The notes beneath the pieces are model-generated. The model saw only the letters and a program-made list of their open reading frames with translations, ran no database searches and was not told the DNA's origin. The translations under genes were made by a program, and so were the position numbers. Positions 1 through 8,905 of a DNA stretch of 64,000 nt are shown piece by piece. Origin of the DNA: an uncultured Thermoleophilia bacterium (GTDB lineage Bacteria > Actinomycetota > Thermoleophilia > Gaiellales > Gaiellaceae); the NCBI GenBank assembly GCA_963827525.1, contig CAWHBH010000001.1, positions 1,863-65,862 on the forward strand, in the 5' to 3' direction. Every line of letters starts with the position of its first letter. The stretch's first letter is position 1.

Positions 1-2
1 CG

Positions 3-473
3 TTCTACCTCACGTGGAAGGCGCGCGAATACGGCTTCTACACCGAGTTCATCGAGCTCGCGGGGAAGGTCAACGAATCGATGCCGTATTACTGCCGGTC
101 GGTCGTCTCGCAAGCGCTGAACCATGCGCGGCAGCGCTCCCTGAACGGATCCCGCATCCTCGTTCTCGGCGTCGCGTACAAGCCCGACATCTCGGACACG
201 CGCGAGTCACCGGCGGTGAAGCTGATCAGCCTGCTCAAGAACGCAGGCGCCGAGGTCGACTACCACGACCCGCACGTCCCCTCGTTCCAGGAAAACGGGG
301 TCGCCATGAGCTCGTCGCCGCTCGCAGCGGGCGCGTACGACTGCGTCGTCGTCGTGACGAACCATTCCGGCATCGACTACGAGCGCCTCGTCGAGGATGC
401 GAACCTCGTGGTCGACCTTCGAAACGCCACCGGGAACAACGGAAAGCACTCGGAGAAGGTCTGGAAGCTGTGA
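3..473 (+). CDS. nucleotide-sugar dehydrogenase (UDP-GlcNAc/ManNAc dehydrogenase type, WbpA/WecC-like), C-terminal part; 5' end is outside the window
   Basis: Frame is open from the window edge. The translation ...RILVLGVAYKPDISDTRESPA...VDYHDPHV matches the UDP-glucose/GDP-mannose dehydrogenase family C-terminal domain. Stop TGA 471-473 overlaps the next start (GTGA). Confidence 0.7.
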   Translation, partial: FYLTWKAREYGFYTEFIELAGKVNESMPYYCRSVVSQALNHARQRSLNGSRILVLGVAYKPDISDTRESPAVKLISLLKNAGAEVDYHDPHVPSFQENGVAMSSSPLAAGAYDCVVVVTNHSGIDYERLVEDANLVVDLRNATGNNGKHSEKVWKL

Positions 474-1435
474 GAGTAGGTGTCGCCGGCCTCGGTCACT
501 GGGGGCCGAACCTCGCACGAAACTTCGCCGACATCGCCGAGCTCGCATGGCTCTGCGACTCCGATCCTGCGAAGCAAGAAGTCGCGGCGCGGTACGCGCA
601 GGCGAGGTTCACGAGCTCGTTCGAGGAGATGCTCGGCGATGCGGGGCTCGACGCGGTTGTCGTCGCAACCCCGGTCCCGACCCACTTCGAGCTCGCACGA
701 AAGGCGCTGGAGGCGGGCAAGCACGTGCTCGTTGAAAAGCCGCCTGCGATGAAGACACACGAGATGGACGAGCTCGTTGCACTCGCGGACGAGCGAGACC
801 TCGTGCTGATGCCCGGCCACCTTCTCCTCTATCACCCCGGCGTCCAGCGGGTGAAGGAGATGATCGCCGCAGGGGAGCTCGGCGACGTGCTCTGCGTCTA
901 CGGAAACCGGCAGAACCTCGGGATCATCCGCTCCAACGAGAACGCGCTTTGGTCGCTCGGCGTCCACGACCTGTCGGTGATCCTCTACCTCCTCGACGAG
1001 GATCCCGAGCAGGCTGACGCATTCGGCCGCGACTTCCTCACGAGCGGAGTCGAGGACGTCGTCTTCTGCTACCTCCGCTTCCCGTCGGGGAGAATCGCGC
1101 ACATGCATCTCTCCTGGCTGGACCCGCACAAGATGCGGAAGATCACGGTCGTCGGGACCGAGAAGATGGTCGTCTTCGACGACATGGAGCTCGAGCGCAA
1201 GGTGACGATCTACGAAAAGGCTCCCTGGCGCCCCTCCGACCGCTACGGGGAGTGGCAGACACGAACCGGCGACATCTTCAGCCCGCGGATCGCCAGCGAC
1301 GAGCCGCTCAAGCTCGAGTGCATGGAGTTCCTCCGCTTGGTCGCGGGCGAGGGTGACCGCCAGAAGGTTGCCACGGACGGCGCGCGCGTCGTTCGCGCGC
1401 TCGACATGCTCACGATGTCTCTGCATGGCAGCTGA
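470..1435 (+). CDS. Gfo/Idh/MocA-family NAD-dependent sugar oxidoreductase (WbpB-like)
   Basis: GTG at 470 is followed by the Rossmann N-terminus VRVGVAGLGHWGPN and the motif VEKPPA. The first ~150 codons of track ORF 14..1435 are out-of-frame overlap with the upstream dehydrogenase. Confidence 0.75.
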   Translation: MRVGVAGLGHWGPNLARNFADIAELAWLCDSDPAKQEVAARYAQARFTSSFEEMLGDAGLDAVVVATPVPTHFELARKALEAGKHVLVEKPPAMKTHEMDELVALADERDLVLMPGHLLLYHPGVQRVKEMIAAGELGDVLCVYGNRQNLGIIRSNENALWSLGVHDLSVILYLLDEDPEQADAFGRDFLTSGVEDVVFCYLRFPSGRIAHMHLSWLDPHKMRKITVVGTEKMVVFDDMELERKVTIYEKAPWRPSDRYGEWQTRTGDIFSPRIASDEPLKLECMEFLRLVAGEGDRQKVATDGARVVRALDMLTMSLHGS

Positions 1436-2066
1436 GGTTCACCCGAGCGCGACCGTCTACCCCGGCACAGTTCTGGGCGAGGGGGTGAAGGTGCTCGAGA
1501 ACGCCGTGATCGGCAAGCAGCCTGCGCTCTCCCCACGGTCGACCGCGAAGCGGGACCCGCTTCCCCCGACGGAGATCGGGGACGGCACCATCGTCTCGAC
1601 GGGAGCGATCGTCTTCGCCGGATCGACGATCGGCTCGCGCGTCATCCTCGGCGACCAGTCGTGCGTGCGCGAGCGGGTCACGATAGGCGACGACGTCGTC
1701 CTCGGGCGCGGCTCGCTGGTCGAGAACGACACGACGATCGGGGCACTGACCCGAATCCAGGCGGAGGCGTACATCACCGCCTACTCCACGCTGGAGGAGC
1801 ACGTGTTCATCGCCCCCTGCGTCGTCACCACGAACGACAACTTCATGGGGCGCACCGAACGGCGTCACGAGCTGATGAAAGGTCCGACCATCCGTCGTGG
1901 CGCGCGAATCGGAGGAGGCGCTGTCCTCTGCCCGGGGATCGAGATCGGCGAGGAGGCGTTCGTGGGCGCCGGTGCAGTCGTCACGAAGGACGTCCCGCCG
2001 CGAGTCATCGTCGTCGGGAACCCGGCGCGCGTCGTCAGAGACGTCCCCGAGGACGAGCTGCTCTAG
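1425..2066 (+). CDS. left-handed beta-helix (hexapeptide repeat) sugar N-acetyltransferase (WbpD-like)
   Basis: ATG 1425 overlaps the upstream stop. Repeated [LIV]G-x4 hexapeptide periodicity (VIGKQ, IVSTGAIVFAGSTIGSRVILGD, VTIGDDVVLG). Sits next to the dehydrogenase/oxidoreductase pair. Confidence 0.7.
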   Translation: MAAEVHPSATVYPGTVLGEGVKVLENAVIGKQPALSPRSTAKRDPLPPTEIGDGTIVSTGAIVFAGSTIGSRVILGDQSCVRERVTIGDDVVLGRGSLVENDTTIGALTRIQAEAYITAYSTLEEHVFIAPCVVTTNDNFMGRTERRHELMKGPTIRRGARIGGGAVLCPGIEIGEEAFVGAGAVVTKDVPPRVIVVGNPARVVRDVPEDELL

Positions 2067-2074
2067 GGAGCGAC

Positions 2075-3712
2075 TCAGCCCTTGATGAGAGTCAATCGGT
2101 AGCGCGTGAGCCCCGGGCTCGACATTCGCACCTGCACGAAGTAGGTGCCTGTCGCGCCGGCGCGGTACGAGAGGTACTGCCGAGCGCCGTTCCTCGCCGA
2201 AACGCGCGCGCGGAAGCGGAGGCTCGAGACGCTCTCGATCGAGCGCGCCTGCGGAAGCCAGAAGGCCAGGCTGAGATCGACGCTCGTATCTGCCCCGGTG
2301 AGCCCTACGTAGATGGGCTGGTCCCGTTGCAGGTGGATCGCGTAGACGTCGTCCTGGTCGTCCCAGAAATCGACGGTCGCCTTGATCCGTCGATTCGAGC
2401 CGGAAGTCGGGTACGCGCGCGAGCCGGCGTCGTCGTTGGCCTCGTAGAAGTCACGAAGAGGCAGTCGCTTGCCGAGAGCGGCGATCGCGGCTGCAACGTC
2501 GAGGTGTCCCGAGCCCGAGTCCGCGTCACGTCCGACGGTGCAGGCGTCACACCCAGTCGAAGCGGTCATGTCGACGGCAGTGCTCCGCAGGATCTCGGTC
2601 ACCTGCTCGGCTCGTAGCGTGGGGCGCAGGCTGAGGAGCACTGCTGCAGCCGCGCTCGCCTGCGGCGCGGCGAACGACGTCCCCTGCGCCTCTCGATACT
2701 CGTCCGGCCCACAGCTCGAGTAGCCCTGCTCGGCGCAGGCGGGGAACCTGGACGTGAGCGTGCGAGGAAGGAGCGAGAGAATCTCGAGCCCTGGGGCGGC
2801 AATGTCGTTGAAGATCCGATCGCGGTTCGAGAAGTCGGGTATCCCACCCGTGTCGTTCGTGGCGCTGACGCCGAGCACGTGCGGGAGCGCGGCTGGATAG
2901 CTGGCGTATTTCCCGGAGGCGTGCCCTGTTGCGCTGTTCCCGACAGCGGCGACGACGACGGCGCCGTTCGAGACGGCGTAGGCGACAGCATCCGCCTCCA
3001 GCCGAGAGTAGGTGTCGCGGCTCGGATCGAGCGGGTCGCGGGCTCCTCCCAGGCTCATGTTGATCACGCGTGCGCCGTGCTCGACAGCCCAGCGAATGGC
3101 CTTGGCTTCCGCCTCCACGGGAATCGCCCGCGAGCGCGTTACGACCTTTGCGACGAGAAGCTCGGCGGAAGGCGCGAGACCGGCGATCCCGATTCCGTTG
3201 TCGACCCCGGAGGCGATGAGACCGGCAACGAACGTCCCGTGCCCGAGCGAGTCCTGGCGCGCCGAGCCGCCGACGAAGCTCTTCGCTCCGAGCACCTTCC
3301 CTGCGAGCTCGGGATGTCCGGTGTCCACACCCGAATCGATCACCGCAACGGGTATGCGCTCGAAGGCTGGCAGTGTCAGCCACGACTCGTAGAAGCGGCT
3401 CTGGGTGAGGTACCACTGCTTCGAGACGAGCGGGTCGGTGGGCGTGAATGCAAGCCGCCGCGTCAGGAGCGGCTCGACGTACCGGATCCCCCGGATACCT
3501 CGGAGCGAACGGCCGGCGGGAAGCTCGACGACGAGTGCGGGGATCGGAGCGAGACTTTGGGGGCGAGATCCTGCTCGGCGCTCGACCGCCCTCGCAACAG
3601 TCGCGACATCCACGCCTCGGTGGAGGCCGATGGCAACTCTGGCCGCATCAGCGTCGGCAGGCAGCGCGACCCAGACGGCGACGACGGAGACGAGCAGCGC
3701 GAGGCGCCTCAT
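2075..3712 (-). CDS. secreted subtilisin-like serine protease (peptidase S8)
   Basis: Signal-peptide-like N-terminus MRRLALLVSVVAVWVALPADA. Catalytic triad contexts VIDSGVD (Asp), HGTFVAGLIA (His) and GTSFAAPQAS (Ser). Confidence 0.8.
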   Translation of the reverse strand: MRRLALLVSVVAVWVALPADADAARVAIGLHRGVDVATVARAVERRAGSRPQSLAPIPALVVELPAGRSLRGIRGIRYVEPLLTRRLAFTPTDPLVSKQWYLTQSRFYESWLTLPAFERIPVAVIDSGVDTGHPELAGKVLGAKSFVGGSARQDSLGHGTFVAGLIASGVDNGIGIAGLAPSAELLVAKVVTRSRAIPVEAEAKAIRWAVEHGARVINMSLGGARDPLDPSRDTYSRLEADAVAYAVSNGAVVVAAVGNSATGHASGKYASYPAALPHVLGVSATNDTGGIPDFSNRDRIFNDIAAPGLEILSLLPRTLTSRFPACAEQGYSSCGPDEYREAQGTSFAAPQASAAAAVLLSLRPTLRAEQVTEILRSTAVDMTASTGCDACTVGRDADSGSGHLDVAAAIAALGKRLPLRDFYEANDDAGSRAYPTSGSNRRIKATVDFWDDQDDVYAIHLQRDQPIYVGLTGADTSVDLSLAFWLPQARSIESVSSLRFRARVSARNGARQYLSYRAGATGTYFVQVRMSSPGLTRYRLTLIKG

Positions 3713-5319
3713 CCTGCCACCTGCAACACCGGTGACATACCCGCCGCAAAACCTCCGGTGGCCGGGATACGAGCGCGGTAGCTCCCCGAGAGGAGGGCGA
3801 GCTCCAGCCGGAACGCGCCGACCCCGTCAACCGTCGCTTCTCCGACCGGCACCCACGCGGAGCCCTTCCTTCGTTCGATGACGACCGTGGCTCCTGGGAG
3901 CTTGGGGCGCACCGTTCCGGTCAGGACGCTCGGCTCGAGCTCGGAAGGTAGTGCGAGTTGGAGCCGGGGGGCGACCTGGACGAGCAGCGCCGGCGAAGCG
4001 GCTCCTTCGACCTCTATCCGGTAGCGCGTGGTTCGTACCGGCTTGACGTCGAGCGCCACCCGTCCATTCGCGTCACGCACGAGCTCCCCGACCGAAGCCC
4101 ACACAGCGCCATCAGACGATGACGCGAGCGTCGGTGACGGGAGACCCCGAGCGATCCCGCTGAGGCGAGCGGCGGAGCCGAAGACGACGACACCGCTCGC
4201 GCGATCGAGGCGGAGCACGCCAACTGAGATCCATGTCGAACGCAATCCGAGTGCGGTGCGTACGAGGGAGCTCGGAACGGACTGCGAGCCCGCAGTAGTG
4301 GAGAGAACGACTGACCGAAGTCGTCCCGACGACGTGACAACTCCAGTCGCGTCGACGACCCGGGGCTCGACTTCCAGCTTCGCCTGGACGGTTCTTGCGC
4401 CGAGGAGCACCGGGCCCCAGCGGTGGTAGGGCGAGAGCTTGTCCCAGGGATCTGGCCGCGAGACGAGGTACGGGACGCTGAACCCGAATACATCGGCGGC
4501 GCTTGCCGTCTTGCCTCCAGAGGTCGAGAAGTAGTACGTCGTCGCCACCTTGCCGCCGTAGAGGACGACCTCGCCGGCAGTCGCATCGACGGCCTCGGAG
4601 GTCCTCGGCGTCTCACCTGCGACGCCCTGGTACACCTGACTCCGCACGTCGGAATACAGGTCGAACGCCTTTCCTTTGACGAGGTTCGCCAGTGCGTACG
4701 AGCGTGCGGCGACGGCCTGGGCTTTGAGGGTCTCGAGCGGCCACCTGTGCGGCACCTCGCCGGCCACGACACCGTCGAGATAGCTCTCGAGCGGAACGAC
4801 GTTCACGACACGCAGGAACTCAGCCTGAACGGCGATTTCGAGCTTTCCCCGGTAGAGGCGCCCGTCGAGTGCGAGCGGCACTTTCTTCCCTGGGCGAATC
4901 ACCACAGGTGAGACCGGAGCGACCGCTCCCTCTTCGGTGCGAAGGGCGAGATCTGCCCGCAGCGCGAGTGGGCCTTTCGGCAGGCGATATGTCTGGCCCG
5001 CTGCGTCGATTGCCGTGAATGGCACGGTCGAGGAGATCGTCACCGCACGCCTTCCCTCCGCGAGCAGCACACGCACTTCCTTCGTCCGCGCGGGACCAAG
5101 CTCCGTGCCCGAGTAGTAATGCGCGAGGATCTGGTCGTACCCCCTTCCGGCCAGAGCCTGGCCGTAAGCGCCGTACTGGCTCATGCCCACACCGTGCCCC
5201 CACCCTCGGCCGGAGACGACGAACAGCGCTTCGCCGGGAACGGCGGCCGGCGGAGCAGGCTGCGCCGACGCGGTGGCCGCGAGGACAGCGATCGAGAGAA
5301 CAGCGAGTAAAGGGCGCAC
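3709..5319 (-). CDS. SpoIID/LytB domain protein (peptidoglycan remodelling), secreted
   Basis: Signal peptide MRPLLAVLSIAVLAATASA. SpoIID-type motifs GWGHGVGMSQYGA and YFSTSGG. ATGA overlap with the downstream S8 protease gene. Confidence 0.75.
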   Translation of the reverse strand: MRPLLAVLSIAVLAATASAQPAPPAAVPGEALFVVSGRGWGHGVGMSQYGAYGQALAGRGYDQILAHYYSGTELGPARTKEVRVLLAEGRRAVTISSTVPFTAIDAAGQTYRLPKGPLALRADLALRTEEGAVAPVSPVVIRPGKKVPLALDGRLYRGKLEIAVQAEFLRVVNVVPLESYLDGVVAGEVPHRWPLETLKAQAVAARSYALANLVKGKAFDLYSDVRSQVYQGVAGETPRTSEAVDATAGEVVLYGGKVATTYYFSTSGGKTASAADVFGFSVPYLVSRPDPWDKLSPYHRWGPVLLGARTVQAKLEVEPRVVDATGVVTSSGRLRSVVLSTTAGSQSVPSSLVRTALGLRSTWISVGVLRLDRASGVVVFGSAARLSGIARGLPSPTLASSSDGAVWASVGELVRDANGRVALDVKPVRTTRYRIEVEGAASPALLVQVAPRLQLALPSELEPSVLTGTVRPKLPGATVVIERRKGSAWVPVGEATVDGVGAFRLELALLSGSYRARIPATGGFAAGMSPVLQVAG

Positions 5320-5408
5320 GAACGGGGTTTAGGCTAGCTCCGCAGGGTTAATTCTTTGTGTTCTCGGTGTTCTCGGCAGCACAGCCGAAGCCTTGAGGCT
5401 GCTGACCG

Positions 5409-6407
5409 CTAGCGCCAGGACGTCTCGACGACAGGTGCGCGACCCTTGAGCGGCTCCCACCAGCTTCGGTTTGCCTCGTACCAGGCGACGGTCTCGGCGA
5501 GACCCTCTTCCCAGCCGTGCGTCGGCGCCCAGCCCAGCTCAGCCTGAATCTTTCCCGCATCGAGGAGGTAGCGGCGGTCGTGGCCCGGCCGATCCGGAAC
5601 GATCGTCTTCAGGCTCGACGGCTTCCCTGTCAGGTCGAGCACGAGGTCGGCGATCTCCTCGATCGTCGCCTCGAGGCCCGAGCCGACGTTGTACGTCTCC
5701 CCCGCGCGTCCTCGGCGCAGGACGAGGTCGATGGCCTCGCAATGGTCGAGGACGTGCAGCCACTCGCGCTTGTTCTGCGTAGACGCATACATCGGAAGTG
5801 GCTGATCCTCGATGGCGTTGGTCGTGAAGAGCGGGATCACCTTCTCCGGGAACTGGTACGCGCCGTAGTTGTTCGAGCAGTTCGTGATCGTCACCGGCAA
5901 GCCGAACGTCTCGAAGTACGCACGGACAGCGTGGTCCGCCCCTGCCTTCGATGCGTTGTAGGGCGTGCGCGGGCGGTACGGGGATTCCTCTGTGAACACC
6001 TCGTCGGTGTCGAGGTCGAGGTCGCCGTACACCTCGCACGTGGAGACGTGATGGAACCGCTCGACTCCCGACACTCGCGCGGCGTCGAGGAGGGTCTGAG
6101 TGCCCAGGACGTTCGTGCGGAAGAACCTCGTCGGGTCGACCACGGCCAGGCTGTTGTGCGACTCCGCGGCGAAGTTCACGACGACCTCTATCCGCTCGTC
6201 GCGAAGCGTGCTCTCGGCGAGCTCTCGGTCGCAGATATCGCCGTGGACGAAGACGATGCGGTCCTCGATGTCGGCGATGCTCGGTCGGTTCCCGGCGTAG
6301 GTCAGCAGGTCGTAGACGACGAGATGGTCGTCCGGGTATCGCTCGAGCCAGAAGTGCACGAAGTTCGAACCGATGAACCCGGCTCCGCCGGTAACCAGAA
6401 GGCGCAT
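5409..6407 (-). CDS. rfbB: dTDP-glucose 4,6-dehydratase
   Basis: ATG at 6407 gives MRLLVTGGAGFIGSNF, plus YNASKAGADH (SDR YxxxK), 332 aa. The longer track ORF (to 6899) is an R/S-rich upstream extension. Confidence 0.9.
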   Translation of the reverse strand: MRLLVTGGAGFIGSNFVHFWLERYPDDHLVVYDLLTYAGNRPSIADIEDRIVFVHGDICDRELAESTLRDERIEVVVNFAAESHNSLAVVDPTRFFRTNVLGTQTLLDAARVSGVERFHHVSTCEVYGDLDLDTDEVFTEESPYRPRTPYNASKAGADHAVRAYFETFGLPVTITNCSNNYGAYQFPEKVIPLFTTNAIEDQPLPMYASTQNKREWLHVLDHCEAIDLVLRRGRAGETYNVGSGLEATIEEIADLVLDLTGKPSSLKTIVPDRPGHDRRYLLDAGKIQAELGWAPTHGWEEGLAETVAWYEANRSWWEPLKGRAPVVETSWR

Positions 6408-6417
6408 CGCGGGAAGG

Positions 6418-7266
6418 TTAGATGCTGCCCATTGCCGCGAGGCACTCGCGCAGACCGGCACGCCAGTGTGGAAGGACAGGCGCCCCCGCTCGCTCGCTAC
6501 GCAGAACCGCATAAGCCGGCCGGGGTGCGGGCCGCCCGAGCTCCTGGGTCGAGACGCGTCGCACCCGACAGTCGATGCGGGCTTCCGAGAAGACGGCCTC
6601 GGCGAGCTCGGCCCACGTGCAGTCCCCATCTGCAGCCACGTGCCACACGCCTCGCGGACGTTCGGTGTCGACGAGCTCGTGAACGGCGCTCGCAAGATGG
6701 CCGACGTAGGTGGGACAGCCGCGTTGGTCGTCGACCACAGCCACCTCCTCCCGTTCGGATCCGAGCCGGAGCATCGTCCGAACGAAGTTGTCGCCCGTAG
6801 GCCCGAAGAGCCACGACGATCTGACGATCCAGGCGTCCGGCCCAGCAGCCGTCTCGCCGTGGAGCTTCGTTCGCCCATAGACCGAGAGCGGGTTGACACC
6901 GTCCGACTCGACGTACGGCTCCTGCTTCCGCCCGTCGAACACGTAGTCGGTGGAGAAGGCGACGAGCGGGGCGCCGAGCGAAGCGGCGTTCGCGGTTCCA
7001 GCGATGTTCACGGCCGCGGCCCCCTGCGGATCGGCCTCTGCTCCATCCACGTCGGTCCACGCCGCTGCGTGCAGGACGAGATCGAAACCTCGTTGCGACA
7101 CCTTGTCACTTGGGGGAGTCGCTACGTCCCAGTCGGCGTGGCTCAGCGCGAGTACGTCGTGGGCGACGAACTCCTGCTGGAGCGCGCGGCCGAGCTGGCC
7201 GCCCGCCCCGGTGATCAGGACTCGGCGGCGTCCCTCGTGGACAGGATCGGGGTGCTCGAGCTCCAT
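6418..7266 (-). CDS. rfbD: dTDP-4-dehydrorhamnose reductase
   Basis: VLITGAGGQLGRAL N-terminus, YGRTKLHGE motif, position in the rfb operon. The only canonical start is ATG 7266, which overlaps the rfbC 3' end by 52 nt. Confidence 0.8.
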   Translation of the reverse strand: MELEHPDPVHEGRRRVLITGAGGQLGRALQQEFVAHDVLALSHADWDVATPPSDKVSQRGFDLVLHAAAWTDVDGAEADPQGAAAVNIAGTANAASLGAPLVAFSTDYVFDGRKQEPYVESDGVNPLSVYGRTKLHGETAAGPDAWIVRSSWLFGPTGDNFVRTMLRLGSEREEVAVVDDQRGCPTYVGHLASAVHELVDTERPRGVWHVAADGDCTWAELAEAVFSEARIDCRVRRVSTQELGRPAPRPAYAVLRSERAGAPVLPHWRAGLRECLAAMGSI

Positions 7267-7679
7267 AGGTGCGCGACGCGCGGGTCGTTCCAGGGAACCG
7301 TGTGCTCATCGGGATCGTGAGGGTCGTACTCGTCTGTGACGTGGTAGCAGAAGAGGATGTCCGTCAGCGCCTCGAACCCGTGTGCATGACGACCCGGGAT
7401 GTACACCGCGACAGGGTTGTCCTCGCCGATGTCCTCCGTGAACGTCTCACCCGTGTCGCGGTCGAGCACGACGACACGGGCAGTGCCGCGGAGGCACGCG
7501 AAGAGGTCGTCCTGGCCGCGCTGGTGGTAGTGGAGCCCGCGAATGACGCCCGCGAGGGAGAACGAGACGTTCGTCTGCGCCATCGGTCGCGGGAGGGTGC
7601 TGTCGCGGCGGAGCTCCAGGAACCAGCCACGGTCGTCCTCGTGCACGCGGAGCGGAATTCGCGTGATTCCGTCGATCAC
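7215..7679 (-). CDS. rfbC: dTDP-4-dehydrorhamnose 3,5-epimerase
   Basis: GTG 7679 overlaps the rfbA stop (GTGA). Cupin motifs DDRGWF, RGLHYH, HGFEAL. Confidence 0.85.
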   Translation of the reverse strand: MIDGITRIPLRVHEDDRGWFLELRRDSTLPRPMAQTNVSFSLAGVIRGLHYHQRGQDDLFACLRGTARVVVLDRDTGETFTEDIGEDNPVAVYIPGRHAHGFEALTDILFCYHVTDEYDPHDPDEHTVPWNDPRVAHLWSSSTPILSTRDAAES

Positions 7680-8470
7680 TCCGGGTCTCGCTTGTTGGCG
7701 CCCGTCTCGTCGATCCGGCGGCCGATGTCGGCGAGATGGCGCCAGTGCTTGCCCGCGTCTTCCCACCAGCCGACGACTTCGGAGGCGTCGAGGCGGCTGA
7801 CGAGCGCATAGTGGCGATTCACGTCCGTGATCTCGAGCTCTCCTCGCGTCGACGGAGCCAACGTGTCGATCACGTCGAAGACGTCCGGCGGATAGCAGTA
7901 GAGGCCGACCACGGCGTGCGAGGACGGCGGCGTATCGAACCGTGTATCGACGACTCCGGCCTTCTCGACGATGTCAGCCACCTCGCCCTCCTCGTCATAT
8001 ACGACGACACCGAAGTTCTCGGGGTCCTCTACCTCCTTCACGAAGATGTGCGCGCGGGTCGAGCTCGCGGCCCAGTTGCGCAACACATCCGATTGCGCGA
8101 ACTCGAAGATGTTGTCGCCGAGAACGACTACGAGCGGCGCTCCCGCCGCGAAGTCGCTCGCCATGCCCACCACCTGCGCTATTCCGCCCGGCTCGGTCTG
8201 CACCTTGTACGTGAGATCGAGCTCCAGGATCGGATCGCCGCCGCCGCGCGGGGCCAGTCGCCCGTCCCCGAGAAGGTCGATCATCTGGCCTGCGTGCCCT
8301 TTCCCCGTGACGAGAAGGACATCGCGAATGCCAGCGAGCTGGAGCAGCTGCAGCGGGTAGTAGATCATCGGCCAGCTCCCTACCGGGAGCAGGTGCTTGT
8401 TCGCAACACGCGTCAGCTCGCCTAGGCGCGTGGCTTCGCCTCCGGCGCAGATCAAGCCTTTCGGAAGCAC
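7676..8470 (-). CDS. rfbA: glucose-1-phosphate thymidylyltransferase-like sugar nucleotidyltransferase
   Basis: N-terminal GLICAGGEATRLGELT (GxGxR nucleotidyltransferase loop). First gene of the rfbA-C-D-B operon. GTG start at 8470. Confidence 0.75.
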   Translation of the reverse strand: MLPKGLICAGGEATRLGELTRVANKHLLPVGSWPMIYYPLQLLQLAGIRDVLLVTGKGHAGQMIDLLGDGRLAPRGGGDPILELDLTYKVQTEPGGIAQVVGMASDFAAGAPLVVVLGDNIFEFAQSDVLRNWAASSTRAHIFVKEVEDPENFGVVVYDEEGEVADIVEKAGVVDTRFDTPPSSHAVVGLYCYPPDVFDVIDTLAPSTRGELEITDVNRHYALVSRLDASEVVGWWEDAGKHWRHLADIGRRIDETGANKRDPE

Positions 8471-8479
8471 GGGAGGATG

Positions 8480-8638
8480 CTAGTGGTCCTCCGGGAGTAC
8501 GCCACCCCTTCGCGCGGCTGCGAACACATCGCATGCCGTCGTCCTCGGTCGGCCACATACCTTTGGTATGCGGCCTCCCTGCGTCCTAGGCCTGCTCGGT
8601 TCTCGCCGGCGAATGGGCACCGGACTTCCCGGAGAGAC
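8480..8638 (-). repeat. hairpin-rich repeat, copy 1 (leader of the rfb operon); MIRU-like element or structured RNA, family unknown
   Basis: Aligns with 26701-26870. By eye there are 3 substitutions and 3 single-base indels over ~160 nt, with a 73-nt identical block. Four stems have A-C mismatches on the plus strand that become G-U pairs on the minus strand. Confidence 0.6.
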
Positions 8639-8672
8639 AGTGCCTGGGGTCTGCGCCTACAGGTCGACCGCG

Positions 8673-8882
8673 TCAATCAGCGGCGCTACGGTAGCTCCGG
8701 TCACGACTGCGCCAGGTAGCACGAGCCCGTAGCTTGCGCTCCTTCACCATTGGGCCCGCGCGCACGGAAGCGACCCAGACGTAGACAAATCCCCCGATCA
8801 ACCCGGCGAAGAGGGTTAGAAGTCGCTTCGGATGGAGAAGTAGAAACAGAACTCCCGACACTCGGGCGATCGTAGACGACAT
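8673..8882 (-). CDS. possible small membrane protein (hypothetical)
   Basis: 69-codon ORF with a hydrophobic stretch VSGVLFLLL...LFAGLIGGFVYVWVASV. Only moderate third-position GC, no recognisable family. Confidence 0.25.
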   Translation of the reverse strand: MSSTIARVSGVLFLLLHPKRLLTLFAGLIGGFVYVWVASVRAGPMVKERKLRARATWRSRDRSYRSAAD

Positions 8883-8905
8883 ACTTCAAGACGAGTCGAG
8901 GAAAG

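Noticed and set aside
14-469. N-terminal extensions of track ORFs: 14..1435, 5409..6899, 31855..33075, 33506..34801, 35718..37454, 36664..38490, 41802..44291, 45761..46999, 52571..53500.
   Set aside because: The upstream portions are R-rich or overlap the preceding gene out of frame. Family-typical N-termini begin at internal ATG/GTG/TTG codons, usually in GTGA/ATGA overlaps.
5378-5405. The hairpin after rfbB as an intrinsic terminator.
   Set aside because: The stem is bulged (5+3 bp) and is followed on the minus strand by CCGAGAACACC rather than a U-tract. At most it is a weak, U-less, actinobacterial-style terminator.
8480-8638. The repeat as a known riboswitch or an RNase P fragment. GGGAAGUCCGGUG superficially resembles RNase P P4 and cobalamin-riboswitch cores.
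   Set aside because: It lacks the other invariant elements (no B12 box GCCACUG, no RNase P CR regions, far too short). It occurs upstream of unrelated pathways (rhamnose synthesis, acetyl-CoA carboxylase) with near-identical sequence, which fits a dispersed repeat better than a ligand sensor.
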